From Saprospiraceae bacterium (GTDB taxonomy: Bacteria > Bacteroidota > Bacteroidia > Chitinophagales > Saprospiraceae), in NCBI GenBank assembly GCA_965249765.1, contig CBDFMR010000005.1, positions 1,506,782 through 1,570,781 on the forward strand: a stretch of 64,000 nt of DNA, given 5' to 3'. Positions 1 through 8,081 of the stretch are shown piece by piece. The number at the start of each line of letters is the position of its first letter. Within the stretch, counting starts at the first letter, position 1. A program made the position numbers and the translations under genes. The notes under the pieces were generated by a model. The model had not been told where the DNA came from and did not search any database. It saw only the letters and a list, made by a program, of their open reading frames with translations.

Positions 1-1113
1 TGTAAGGTCACCTTCAAAAATCACCTTGAATTTTCCTTTCTTTGCTTTGCTTAAGACTGAAATCAAATTATCTTTTGCAACCTTATTAAAAGAATTCGTG
101 GAGTTTACAATAATTTTATTCTCTCCTGTTGGTTTTACAAATAAATAATTATCAAATCTATTCGTTGATGCTTTTATTTTTCTTCTTGTCATTCGACTTA
201 GCAATTTAGCCTGACTCGAATTTAATTTTTTACCAACCAATAAAGCAATAATGTCATTGTTTAAAATATCATCATTTAAATTCGTCACCTCTTTTGGAAG
301 TATATTATTAAAAGCATTTGCGTGTAATTTCTCAATTTTGAAATCTTTTTTATTTACAGTAAAAAAGCCTTCTTCAAAATTTTTAAAAAATATGCTTTCA
401 TCTCCGAATTCAATCTTTAGTGATTTTAAATCATCAAGATACTTAGTGAAAATATCAACAAGTAATTCTTCATAGTTTGTTCTATGCTGAAAACTATATT
501 TATTTACGATATATCGAATTTCATTTGTCCGATCACCTAATAATTCATTATCTAATTGGACAATTTCATCTACAGATTGTTCTCGTCTTATTCTTTCGGC
601 AGCTTCAATCGGTTCATCTATATTTTTCAGAATGTCATCAGAAGATTCTATCTTATTGGTTTTTGTAGTGGTTTCTCCAAATTCATCAGCTTCTTCTTGG
701 ACGACTCTTCTACTTTCTGCGCCTTCATCCAAATTTGAGATTATCTTCTCTTCCGGAAAAATAGTTCCATGTCGATTCTTTTGTAATTGTTTGGCAAGTT
801 CATCTATATCTATTTCACCGTTTCGATATTGGTCAAAGAATTTTCCGTTTTCACCAAAAATTTCATCTGATTGGCGAGTCCATGTATTTGTTGGTATATC
901 ATCAATTGAATGTGTCCATGTGCTTGTTGGTATATCGTCAATTGAATGCGTCCATGTGCTTGTTGGTACATCGTCAATAAATCTTGCACTTCTGGAGCAC
1001 ATTTGTAAGGCGTCACCTCCAAGCATTGCTAAGACTACTCCAATCTTTGCAAAGATAGCGGCTATTCCACAACCTGAATTTTCGTTGTTATGATTTTGGT
1101 TAGTATTTTCCAT
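1..1113 (-). CDS. hypothetical protein, N-terminal portion; gene continues beyond the window start. Contains a 3x12-aa tandem repeat (IDDIPTSTWTHS).
   Basis: Reading the minus strand from the ATG at 1113-1111 gives an uninterrupted frame to position 1: MENTNQNHNNENSGCGIAAIFAKIGVVLAMLGGDALQ...IDDVPTSTWTHSIDDIPTSTWTHSIDDIPTNTWT... It is absent from the ORF track only because no stop lies within the window. The plus-strand ORF 632..1093 is low-complexity antisense. Confidence 0.45.
   Translation of the reverse strand, partial: MENTNQNHNNENSGCGIAAIFAKIGVVLAMLGGDALQMCSRSARFIDDVPTSTWTHSIDDIPTSTWTHSIDDIPTNTWTRQSDEIFGENGKFFDQYRNGEIDIDELAKQLQKNRHGTIFPEEKIISNLDEGAESRRVVQEEADEFGETTTKTNKIESSDDILKNIDEPIEAAERIRREQSVDEIVQLDNELLGDRTNEIRYIVNKYSFQHRTNYEELLVDIFTKYLDDLKSLKIEFGDESIFFKNFEEGFFTVNKKDFKIEKLHANAFNNILPKEVTNLNDDILNNDIIALLVGKKLNSSQAKLLSRMTRRKIKASTNRFDNYLFVKPTGENKIIVNSTNSFNKVAKDNLISVLSKAKKGKFKVIFEGDLT
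879..986 (-). repeat. 3 x 36-bp in-frame tandem repeat inside the partial ORF
   Basis: tccatgt(a/g)(t/c)ttgttggta(t/c)atc(a/g)tcaat(t/a)gaatg(t/c)g occurs three times head-to-tail at 879-914, 915-950 and 951-986. Confidence 0.8.
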
Positions 1114-1283
1114 GGTAAGGGGATTTTATTAACAAATGATTACATGTGTCCTGTCAACGTTTTCTGTATAAGAAAAATTGTTTCGTGATTATTTTGTTTT
1201 TTTCTTTTGGTGGAAGCTAACGGTTTGGCGATATCTGGCGGATTTGGCGATAGCCAATCTGACATGATCATCGCATGTTATCC

Positions 1284-1640
1284 TCAGTATTCTTTTACCA
1301 ATACTTCTGTTGAGATATTTAATTTTTTATTTAGTTTTCTGATCATACTTAGAGTTAGTTTTCTCTTCTTATTTAGAATTTCACTTGCTCTACTTTTATG
1401 TCCAATAATTTTAGCCAAATCAGTTTGATTCATTCCCATTTGATCCATTCGAAATTTAATTGCTTCGATTGGGTGAGGTGGATCGATGGGATAATTTTTA
1501 TCTTCATAATCTTCTATAATCAATGCCAATATTTCTAATTCATCTCCTTCTTTAGTGCAAGGTTCGGCGTCAAATATTTTGTCAAGACGTTTAAGAGCTA
1601 ATTCATAGTCTTTTTCTGTTCTTATAGGTTTCATTTTCAT
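1284..1640 (-). CDS. higA: HigA-like antitoxin (XRE-family HTH, type II TA)
   Basis: 118 aa with a C-terminal helix-turn-helix (QTDLAKIIGHKSRASEILNKKRKLTLSMIRKL). It starts 3 nt after the stop of the upstream RelE/HigB-like toxin gene, the typical higB-higA order. Confidence 0.7.
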   Translation of the reverse strand: MKMKPIRTEKDYELALKRLDKIFDAEPCTKEGDELEILALIIEDYEDKNYPIDPPHPIEAIKFRMDQMGMNQTDLAKIIGHKSRASEILNKKRKLTLSMIRKLNKKLNISTEVLVKEY

Positions 1641-1642
1641 TG

Positions 1643-1936
1643 TTATATTTTTGTAGGGTCAATTTTATCATATTCGTCATGGGTTCCAATAAATCTAACA
1701 TATACCATTTGATATTTGTAATTAACCCTGACTATTAATCGATATTGGTTTCCTTTGATGTTGAATATTACCCGATTATTTGATACAAGTCTTGAGTTTG
1801 GGAATTCGTCTTTAACAAAATTTGGATTTGACCAATTACCCTTTATAGTTTCTTGAAACCATGATTTTAATTGTTCTTCTGTATCAGGATGTAACTCCCA
1901 AAATTCTCTTAATATCTTTTTCGCAAGTACTCTCAA
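1643..1936 (-). CDS. higB: HigB-like toxin (RelE/ParE superfamily mRNA interferase)
   Basis: 97 aa; size and sequence pattern (WxxHPDTEEQLKSW, RVIFNIKGNQYRLIVRVNYKYQMVYVRFIGTHDEYDKI) are typical of HigB-family toxins. It sits immediately upstream of the HTH antitoxin. Confidence 0.7.
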   Translation of the reverse strand: MRVLAKKILREFWELHPDTEEQLKSWFQETIKGNWSNPNFVKDEFPNSRLVSNNRVIFNIKGNQYRLIVRVNYKYQMVYVRFIGTHDEYDKIDPTKI

Positions 1937-2074
1937 CTCTTTTACAAGTAAAGATACAAAAAGGTTCCCATTGTGGTATATTTATTTTTTATTGAGGATA
2001 ACGGTCTTGTGTATGAAACGTAGCGTGCAAAAAAACACTACCTTTTTGGAATAGCACAGAGCCGAAATTTTATA

Positions 2075-2143
2075 ATTTGTTTTTAATTTTTCTCTTTTTT
2101 TAAAGCCAAATTGAAAATTTGGCGGTCTTTGAAAATAAATACC
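2075..2143. repeat. about 70-bp intergenic element (copy 1) containing the palindrome gccaaat-N5-atttggc
   Basis: aatttgtttttaatttttctcttttttttaaagccaaattgaaaatttggcggtctttgaaaataaatacc. A near-identical element is present at 18617-18682. Confidence 0.6.
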
Positions 2144-2199
2144 AACTTTCAGTTTAGTAATTATTAGCCATGTTTTATACACCGTGTTAGCAATAGTTT

Positions 2200-2562
2200 T
2201 TAACATCCTGGAAAAGAATCACAGTCCAAATCATCACAATCAGTAAATCCATCTCCATCATTGTCTATTCCATCATTACAGATTTCAGCTGAACAACTTT
2301 GGTCAGAATCACAGTCCAAATCATCACAATCAGTAAATCCATCTCCATCATTGTCTATTCCATCATTACAGATTTCAGCTGAACAACTTTGGTCAGAATC
2401 ACAGTCCAAATCATCGCAATCAGTAAATCCATCTCCATCATTGTCTATTCCATCATTACAGATTTCAGCCTGAGGGTTGTCATCATCACTATTACATGAT
2501 TGATAAATAATTACACTAAAACTAAATAGTGTTAGTAGTAAAATTGGTCTTAAATTTTTCAT
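2200..2562 (-). CDS. small secreted lipoprotein with three perfect 30-aa Asp/Cys-rich (DxDxDG calcium-binding-like) repeats
   Basis: Signal peptide plus lipobox ([23 protein letters not shown]). This is followed by 3x [30 protein letters not shown]. Confidence 0.6.
   Translation of the reverse strand: MKNLRPILLLTLFSFSVIIYQSCNSDDDNPQAEICNDGIDNDGDGFTDCDDLDCDSDQSCSAEICNDGIDNDGDGFTDCDDLDCDSDQSCSAEICNDGIDNDGDGFTDCDDLDCDSFPGC
2216..2470. repeat. 3 x 90-bp perfect tandem DNA repeat (coding)
   Basis: Units begin at 2216, 2306 and 2396. The first two are identical; the third differs by 1 nt and is truncated. Confidence 0.85.
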
Positions 2563-2802
2563 TATTTCTAAGTTTTAATTATTGCTAACGTTTTGGATAT
2601 GTAGAGTAGGTGAGGTACGAACCTATTCTGTCATATCTTTTGTTACCTACTGGCACTTTATCTTTCGTGTTTACAAATGTACTCATTTACTCATTTGTTT
2701 TGGGGTTGGCAGACATACTCTTTGGCAAGTTTGGATTTGTGCGGTGGCTTGTAGCGACTTGCCAATGTGTATGGCTATGCGTTGGCTTTTAGACATATCT
2801 TT

Positions 2803-3837
2803 TTATAAACTTTGAGCAATGCCAAGTAAATAACTTTCATATTCTCTTGGCTTTACTTGTTTTGAAGCGCGATAATTTGGTAATTTAAATTTACTCACAG
2901 CACTTCCGTTTAAAGCAAAAATTTCTTTTCCAATTTTAACCAGACAATATGCCCCATTTTTATAATTGATTACTTCTACATTTTTGACCAAAAAAGGCCA
3001 AGATTCGTGTTCTGTAGAATTAACAATTTTGGATTTAGCAGTAGTCTTAATTTTTAGATATTCTAAATTATGGCTTTCCCAAGGTAAATAATCTTTTTGA
3101 GGGTTTATTTTCGGAATAAGGTATTTTAGCTTCCCTAAATCCTCGTCACGTAATAAAATAAAGCTACCGAAATTTCCGTAATGCTTCCGCCCTTCATCGC
3201 CAAGTCCGTGAGTAAAGAACCGTGAAATAGCTCGTACTCCTTTTTCAATAGTTATGATTGTAGAATTTAATACAAAAGCATCCTCTTCATCATATGTTAA
3301 TTTTGAAACATCAATATCGTTAGAATAGGAATATAATAGCGTTTTAAATTTTTCAAAAGAGTTGTTTTCTTGTCTTTCTTTTTTTACGATTGTGTCGATA
3401 TAATAATAACGTTGAAATATAGAGAAGTCCGTGATTAATTCAAGAAATGTATTAAAACGAGTGTCGTTTTGTAAATAATCTAAATCTTCAATTACCATTG
3501 GTATTTTATTCATTAATTCAACATCTTTTGAATATAAAATGAGATTAGTTATCATTTTCTTAATTCCGTGACCATTATCAAACTGACCAAAATAATTCTT
3601 CTTCCCTTCTATTTGAGGATATTCTCCTGTAAGGTATTTTTCTTTGAGTAGAAGTAATATTTTAACTAACCGTTCAAATCCAGATGATAATAACTGTAGA
3701 GAAATATGATTGCTTGAAACAGCAGAACTTTGATTATCAAGTGCTCTAATACCTTCTTTAATGAAATTGAAAGAAGCTTCTATTTCTTCTCCTATAGCAA
3801 CAATTTTTTCTATTTCTAATGTTTCTTTAGAACTCAT
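2803..3837 (-). CDS. hypothetical protein (344 aa), translationally coupled downstream of the Type IIG R-M enzyme
   Basis: Complete ORF. Its start codon lies 1 nt after the stop of the upstream methylase-endonuclease gene. No recognisable motif. Confidence 0.55.
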   Translation of the reverse strand: MSSKETLEIEKIVAIGEEIEASFNFIKEGIRALDNQSSAVSSNHISLQLLSSGFERLVKILLLLKEKYLTGEYPQIEGKKNYFGQFDNGHGIKKMITNLILYSKDVELMNKIPMVIEDLDYLQNDTRFNTFLELITDFSIFQRYYYIDTIVKKERQENNSFEKFKTLLYSYSNDIDVSKLTYDEEDAFVLNSTIITIEKGVRAISRFFTHGLGDEGRKHYGNFGSFILLRDEDLGKLKYLIPKINPQKDYLPWESHNLEYLKIKTTAKSKIVNSTEHESWPFLVKNVEVINYKNGAYCLVKIGKEIFALNGSAVSKFKLPNYRASKQVKPREYESYLLGIAQSL

Positions 3838-3838
3838 A

Positions 3839-6800
3839 TCAACTCCCCTCTACAATTTTTATCTCGTCTTCCGTCAACCCATACAACGCATACACCATTT
3901 GGTCTATTTGGCGGTCTGTTTTACCAACCTCTGATTTTAGTGCTTGGGCTTCGGCTCTTTTAGTTTCAAAGAGTTGCATCCATTCCATTTCGTCTGATTT
4001 GGTGAGTTTAATGCCCCCTGCTTTTTTAATAGCTTTGTTGAGTTCTTTAATGAAATCTCCAAATTCCAATTCGTACCAGTTTTGGAGTTTTTTAGTGAGC
4101 TTTTCTAATGAATATTTTGAGGTTAAGTATTTCGAGAAAGTACCTTTTGTGCTATTGTATCTACCCAAAAAATCGCTTATTTGGACTGATAGGTTTGACA
4201 GTTCCACTTCCTTTTGTTTATCGGAAATAGCAATTGGAAATTCTTTTACGTAAATATTTATCCATCTCGTAGTTCCCATACCACTTGTATTTGCAATTTG
4301 TTTGAGATAAAACTCAATTAGCTTGGAATTCAAGATTGCAAGTAAGTAATCAAGGGCTATGTTTTCAGGTGGTATCAAAAAGTATGCACTATTCAGCAAA
4401 TATATTTCATCAATACTTTTGCTAAATCTTCCCTTATCTGTAAGTTCAATCCATACAATTTTCTCTTTTTTGAAATCATCAAAAAATGAACAGGCTCTTA
4501 AATTAGTCCAGTGTTGACCTTTGGCCCCACGTTGCTTAAATTTATCGCCAAATGAATCTAAATGATTAAAAATGGCCGGATAATTGGCTGAAACATCAAC
4601 TCCGTTTTTCGTGAGTAGTAAGTAAAGGTTTGGCAACTCATAACTGTATCGATTTATATCACGACCACGCAGTAACGGTTCTATTAAATCTTTACTGTTT
4701 GAATCTTGTCCAATTAGCTCGGTTTTTTTATCTTCCGAAATCACAAATGCTTGATTTGAGCCTGTGGCCAGTCCTAATCGTATTTTTGTGTTTAAATCTT
4801 CAAGAGTAGGGTTAGTACCTTTTATTTTGTTTCTCAATTTTAAGACTTCAGGACGAATCAAATTCCAAGACAAGTAGTCAAAATCTGATTGCTGATATGA
4901 AAATTTATTACTCTCTATAAATGCCCAAAAATCCGTTTGAGTATCGTATATACTGTTAACTATTCTTGCTTTGAAAGTGCTATCTTTTGATTTTCTGAGT
5001 GTGGTGATAACTGAATTTACAATAGCATCAGAAAATATTTGAGTTTCTTCAATATTTATAAGTTCCTTAATTGTACTATGAGCTATAAAATACTCTCTTA
5101 AAGGCTTTCCATAATCAGCTTTTAAAAATGAATTTGACGTAATATAAGATAATGTACCATTCGTTTTTAAGATTCTAATTCCTAATTCATAGAAAAAACA
5201 AAATAAATCTGCAAATGCTTGATACGTTTTGTAGTTCTTTTGAAGATAATTCTTATTGTCAATTCTGTCGTGACTCACATAAGGCGGATTTCCAATCACC
5301 ACATCAAAGCCACCTTTGGCAAATATTTCAGGAAATTCTTTGTCCCAATTAAATGCTTTATCGCCTGCTACTTCTGGGTCGTCTATAAGAGAATTACCAC
5401 ATTTTATATTGCTGTTTAGTGTAGTTAGTTTTCGGCCTTTTTGTGCTGTACGAAGCCAAAGGGATAGCTTCGCTATCTCTACACTTTCTTCGTTTATGTC
5501 AACACCAAAAAGGTTGTTTTCCAAAATTGCGTTTTGCACTTCGGAGAAAATCATTGCATAGCCCAATAGTTTGGCTTTGAGTTCGTCAATGTATCGGTGT
5601 TCTGCTATGAGAAATTCAAGGGCTTGGTTTAAGAATGCACCACTACCACAAGCCGGGTCGCAAATTGTGAGTTGGAGTAACCATTTTCTGTAAGTGTCCA
5701 ACTTGTTTTGCAGGGCTGTAAGAGTGGCTTTCTTTCTGCCTTTTCGTTCTTTTTCGTAGTCGGTTTCCTGTATGTCGAGTTCGGTTTTCTTTTTTTCACA
5801 GAGTTTGCCTACTGTATTGTCAACAATGTATTTGGTAATGTATTTTGGGGTGTAGAATACACCATCTTTTTTACGCTTGGTCTTGCTTTTATCAATTTCC
5901 GTGCCTTCTAATTGGGCTTGGATATTTTCAATTTCGGTTAGCGAGTGTTCAAAAATATGTCCGAGTATGTTTACGCTTACTTCGCTTTCAAAATCGTAAT
6001 GGCTCAGGTTTAGGGTATGCTTGTAGAGAAGTTCATCGTCAATTTTTATGTTGTCGAGTATGTCGTCAGGTGCAAACAGTCCGCCATTGTAAGCAAAAAT
6101 ATCGTGCTTCTGTCCTTTGTGACCTGTATTCATATACCCGAAGTACTTTTTGAATCGGTCGTACAAGGGTTGGTATTCATCATATTTATCTCGTAGGTCA
6201 GTCCATTGGTTTACGATTTCTCGGATTGAGTTTGGCGGTAGTAATAAGCGGTCTTCGGCAAAAAAGATAAACAGAAAACGGTCGAGCAGTTTTTGAGTTT
6301 TCTTGAATAATGTAAGTTTATCGTAATCGGAATTATTCTTTTGTATGCTGTCGAAAATCTCATTTCGGAATTGCGAATAATCTTTGTAGAGTTTCTTGGT
6401 TACGTTTTCCTCTTGGGTAAGCGATTCGTCTTTTATCTGCTTGGGAATGTCTTTGAGCAAGTTTTCGGCAGCAAGGCAGAGATACAGTTTTTCAAAATCG
6501 GTCTTGTTAAGATTAAAGAGATTGAATTCTTCAAAGTCCACCGCATTGTCAATATAGAAGCGTAGTTTTTCAAAGTTGGACGTAATCACATACATACAAT
6601 CGGGTTGATTGTTTTTATATCCAAATGCTTGTGTTTCTACTTTGGCAAGGTCAACGGTGTTGGTTCCTTTCAGTTCGATTACAGCAAGAGCTTTGTCGTC
6701 TTGTAAAATTGCTCCGTCTGTTTTCTTCGCTCCTTTTAGGTTTTTGAGTTCGGTGGTTAGGTTGAAATTGGTTTCGGGATTTAGTATGTAGCCAAATATG

Positions 6801-6979
6801 TTTACGAACAAGTCTCTTAGGAATCCTTCTTGATATTGTTCTTCTTTGGAGTTTCGTATGTTCTCCTGTATGGTTGGATTATGAAAGTGTGCCGTGTATT
6901 TATTCCAAGCCTGTTCTACCTGTCGGCTGTCAAGTCCTTTCAGGTATTTGTTTAAAACAGAATTTTGGAATAGACTCAT
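3839..6979 (-). CDS. Type IIG/IIL restriction-modification enzyme (MmeI-like): N-terminal PD-(D/E)xK nuclease fused to an N6-adenine DNA methyltransferase and a target-recognition domain
   Basis: 1046 aa. N-terminal D-x(n)-E-L-K motif (DGAILQDDKALAVIELKGT). Methylase motif I DPACGSGAFL and motif IV NPPY (VVIGNPPYVSHD). C-terminal 350 aa has no catalytic motifs and is consistent with a TRD. Confidence 0.8.
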   Translation of the reverse strand: MSLFQNSVLNKYLKGLDSRQVEQAWNKYTAHFHNPTIQENIRNSKEEQYQEGFLRDLFVNIFGYILNPETNFNLTTELKNLKGAKKTDGAILQDDKALAVIELKGTNTVDLAKVETQAFGYKNNQPDCMYVITSNFEKLRFYIDNAVDFEEFNLFNLNKTDFEKLYLCLAAENLLKDIPKQIKDESLTQEENVTKKLYKDYSQFRNEIFDSIQKNNSDYDKLTLFKKTQKLLDRFLFIFFAEDRLLLPPNSIREIVNQWTDLRDKYDEYQPLYDRFKKYFGYMNTGHKGQKHDIFAYNGGLFAPDDILDNIKIDDELLYKHTLNLSHYDFESEVSVNILGHIFEHSLTEIENIQAQLEGTEIDKSKTKRKKDGVFYTPKYITKYIVDNTVGKLCEKKKTELDIQETDYEKERKGRKKATLTALQNKLDTYRKWLLQLTICDPACGSGAFLNQALEFLIAEHRYIDELKAKLLGYAMIFSEVQNAILENNLFGVDINEESVEIAKLSLWLRTAQKGRKLTTLNSNIKCGNSLIDDPEVAGDKAFNWDKEFPEIFAKGGFDVVIGNPPYVSHDRIDNKNYLQKNYKTYQAFADLFCFFYELGIRILKTNGTLSYITSNSFLKADYGKPLREYFIAHSTIKELINIEETQIFSDAIVNSVITTLRKSKDSTFKARIVNSIYDTQTDFWAFIESNKFSYQQSDFDYLSWNLIRPEVLKLRNKIKGTNPTLEDLNTKIRLGLATGSNQAFVISEDKKTELIGQDSNSKDLIEPLLRGRDINRYSYELPNLYLLLTKNGVDVSANYPAIFNHLDSFGDKFKQRGAKGQHWTNLRACSFFDDFKKEKIVWIELTDKGRFSKSIDEIYLLNSAYFLIPPENIALDYLLAILNSKLIEFYLKQIANTSGMGTTRWINIYVKEFPIAISDKQKEVELSNLSVQISDFLGRYNSTKGTFSKYLTSKYSLEKLTKKLQNWYELEFGDFIKELNKAIKKAGGIKLTKSDEMEWMQLFETKRAEAQALKSEVGKTDRQIDQMVYALYGLTEDEIKIVEGS

Positions 6980-7031
6980 ACTATCATTCTTGCGTTTTGC
7001 AAATTTACTTTCTTTTTTAGCGTTGGCTAAA

Positions 7032-7096
7032 AATCAGGCTCTTTTGGTTTTTCGTATTGTGCTTTGCGGGTCAGCAAAAACCAAATGTGCCTGATT
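7032..7096. terminator. imperfect 21-bp-stem hairpin between the Type I operon and the Type IIG gene
   Basis: aatcaggctcttttggttttt-(23 nt loop)-aaaaaccaaatgtgcctgatt; 19 of 21 positions are complementary. It lies 270 bp downstream of the DUF45 gene and upstream of the Type IIG start. Confidence 0.3.
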
Positions 7097-7364
7097 GCGG
7101 GAGGGCTATACTTTTCAAGCTTGTAGGTAACGTCCCGTGTATGGTGTCGTAGCATCCCGAAGGGTGCTATGCACTATACACATTGTTGTGCTTTCGTGCT
7201 TTATTTTCTTTTCGTTTTTATTCTCATTTTCTATGTCCACTTGTGCGGTGGGGCATTTTTTTAAATTTCTCTTTTCTTGGGCAGGGACTTGAAAGCTCTT
7301 TTGCAGGTTTTGGTCGAGCGTTGGCATTGTGCGACCTGCAAATGTGCTTGAAAGTGTGCGTTGG

Positions 7365-8081
7365 CTAATACTCCCAATCTGCATGACTAACTGGTAATCT
7401 GTTTAACTCATCTCTCAGTTTCTTCCAATTTGGTAAATAATAGTCCATATGTGCTTTGAATTTGTCATTGTGATTTCGTTCTAATAAATGAACCATTTCA
7501 TGTACAAGAATGAATTCTAAACAGTGAATGGGCTTTTTTGCCAATTCTAAATTCAACCAAACTCTTTTCTTTTCTATGTTGCAAGAACCCCATTTAGTTT
7601 TCATCTGTTTAATGCCACAGAAATTGATTCTTACACCTATTTTCTTTTCCCAATGAGAAATCATTTCAGGTAAAATGCTTTTTAATTCAGCTCTATACCA
7701 TTCATTGAGTAGGTTCTTTTTATATTCAATCGAGACATCAGATTTTACTATTAAATCAAGATATGTTTTGCCTTTTAAATCTACTTTTCCTGCTCCTGTA
7801 GTTTCTTTTATTCTGAGCAAATACCTTCTTCCTTGGAAATAATGGCTTTCTCGTTCTTTGTATTCTTTTGGCGAAGTACGCTCTTGGGCTGCAAATTTGC
7901 GTTGGTGTCTTTTTATCCACCCTAGTTTTGAAATTGCAAAAAGGCGAATAGCGTCACCATGAACATTTAGTGGAACAGCAAGACGAACACGACCTGTTGG
8001 CGGATAAACAGCCAAGTGCATGTTTTTAATATCCTTTCGGATAACATCAACAGTCATATTGCTAATTGTAATTTGCTGCAT
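7365..8081 (-). CDS. DUF45/YgjP-like (M48/SprT-type) zinc metallopeptidase, common accessory gene of Type I R-M operons
   Basis: 238 aa with WGSCN and HExxH (ILVHEMVHLLERNHNDKF). It overlaps the hsdR stop by 1 nt. Confidence 0.8.
   Translation of the reverse strand: MQQITISNMTVDVIRKDIKNMHLAVYPPTGRVRLAVPLNVHGDAIRLFAISKLGWIKRHQRKFAAQERTSPKEYKERESHYFQGRRYLLRIKETTGAGKVDLKGKTYLDLIVKSDVSIEYKKNLLNEWYRAELKSILPEMISHWEKKIGVRINFCGIKQMKTKWGSCNIEKKRVWLNLELAKKPIHCLEFILVHEMVHLLERNHNDKFKAHMDYYLPNWKKLRDELNRLPVSHADWEY

Noticed and set aside
632-1093. Plus-strand ORF (153 aa) and minus ORF 810..1022 from the track
   Set aside because: Both are low-complexity and overlapped by a much longer uninterrupted minus-strand frame (1..1113) with a sensible start. 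They are treated as antisense/alternative-frame artefacts of that gene and its 36-bp repeat.
2582-2815. Two overlapping plus-strand ORFs (77 and 60 aa)
   Set aside because: They lie in the GC-rich motif-bearing intergenic region, are hydrophobic low-complexity, and have no coding periodicity. The region is interpreted as regulatory DNA.
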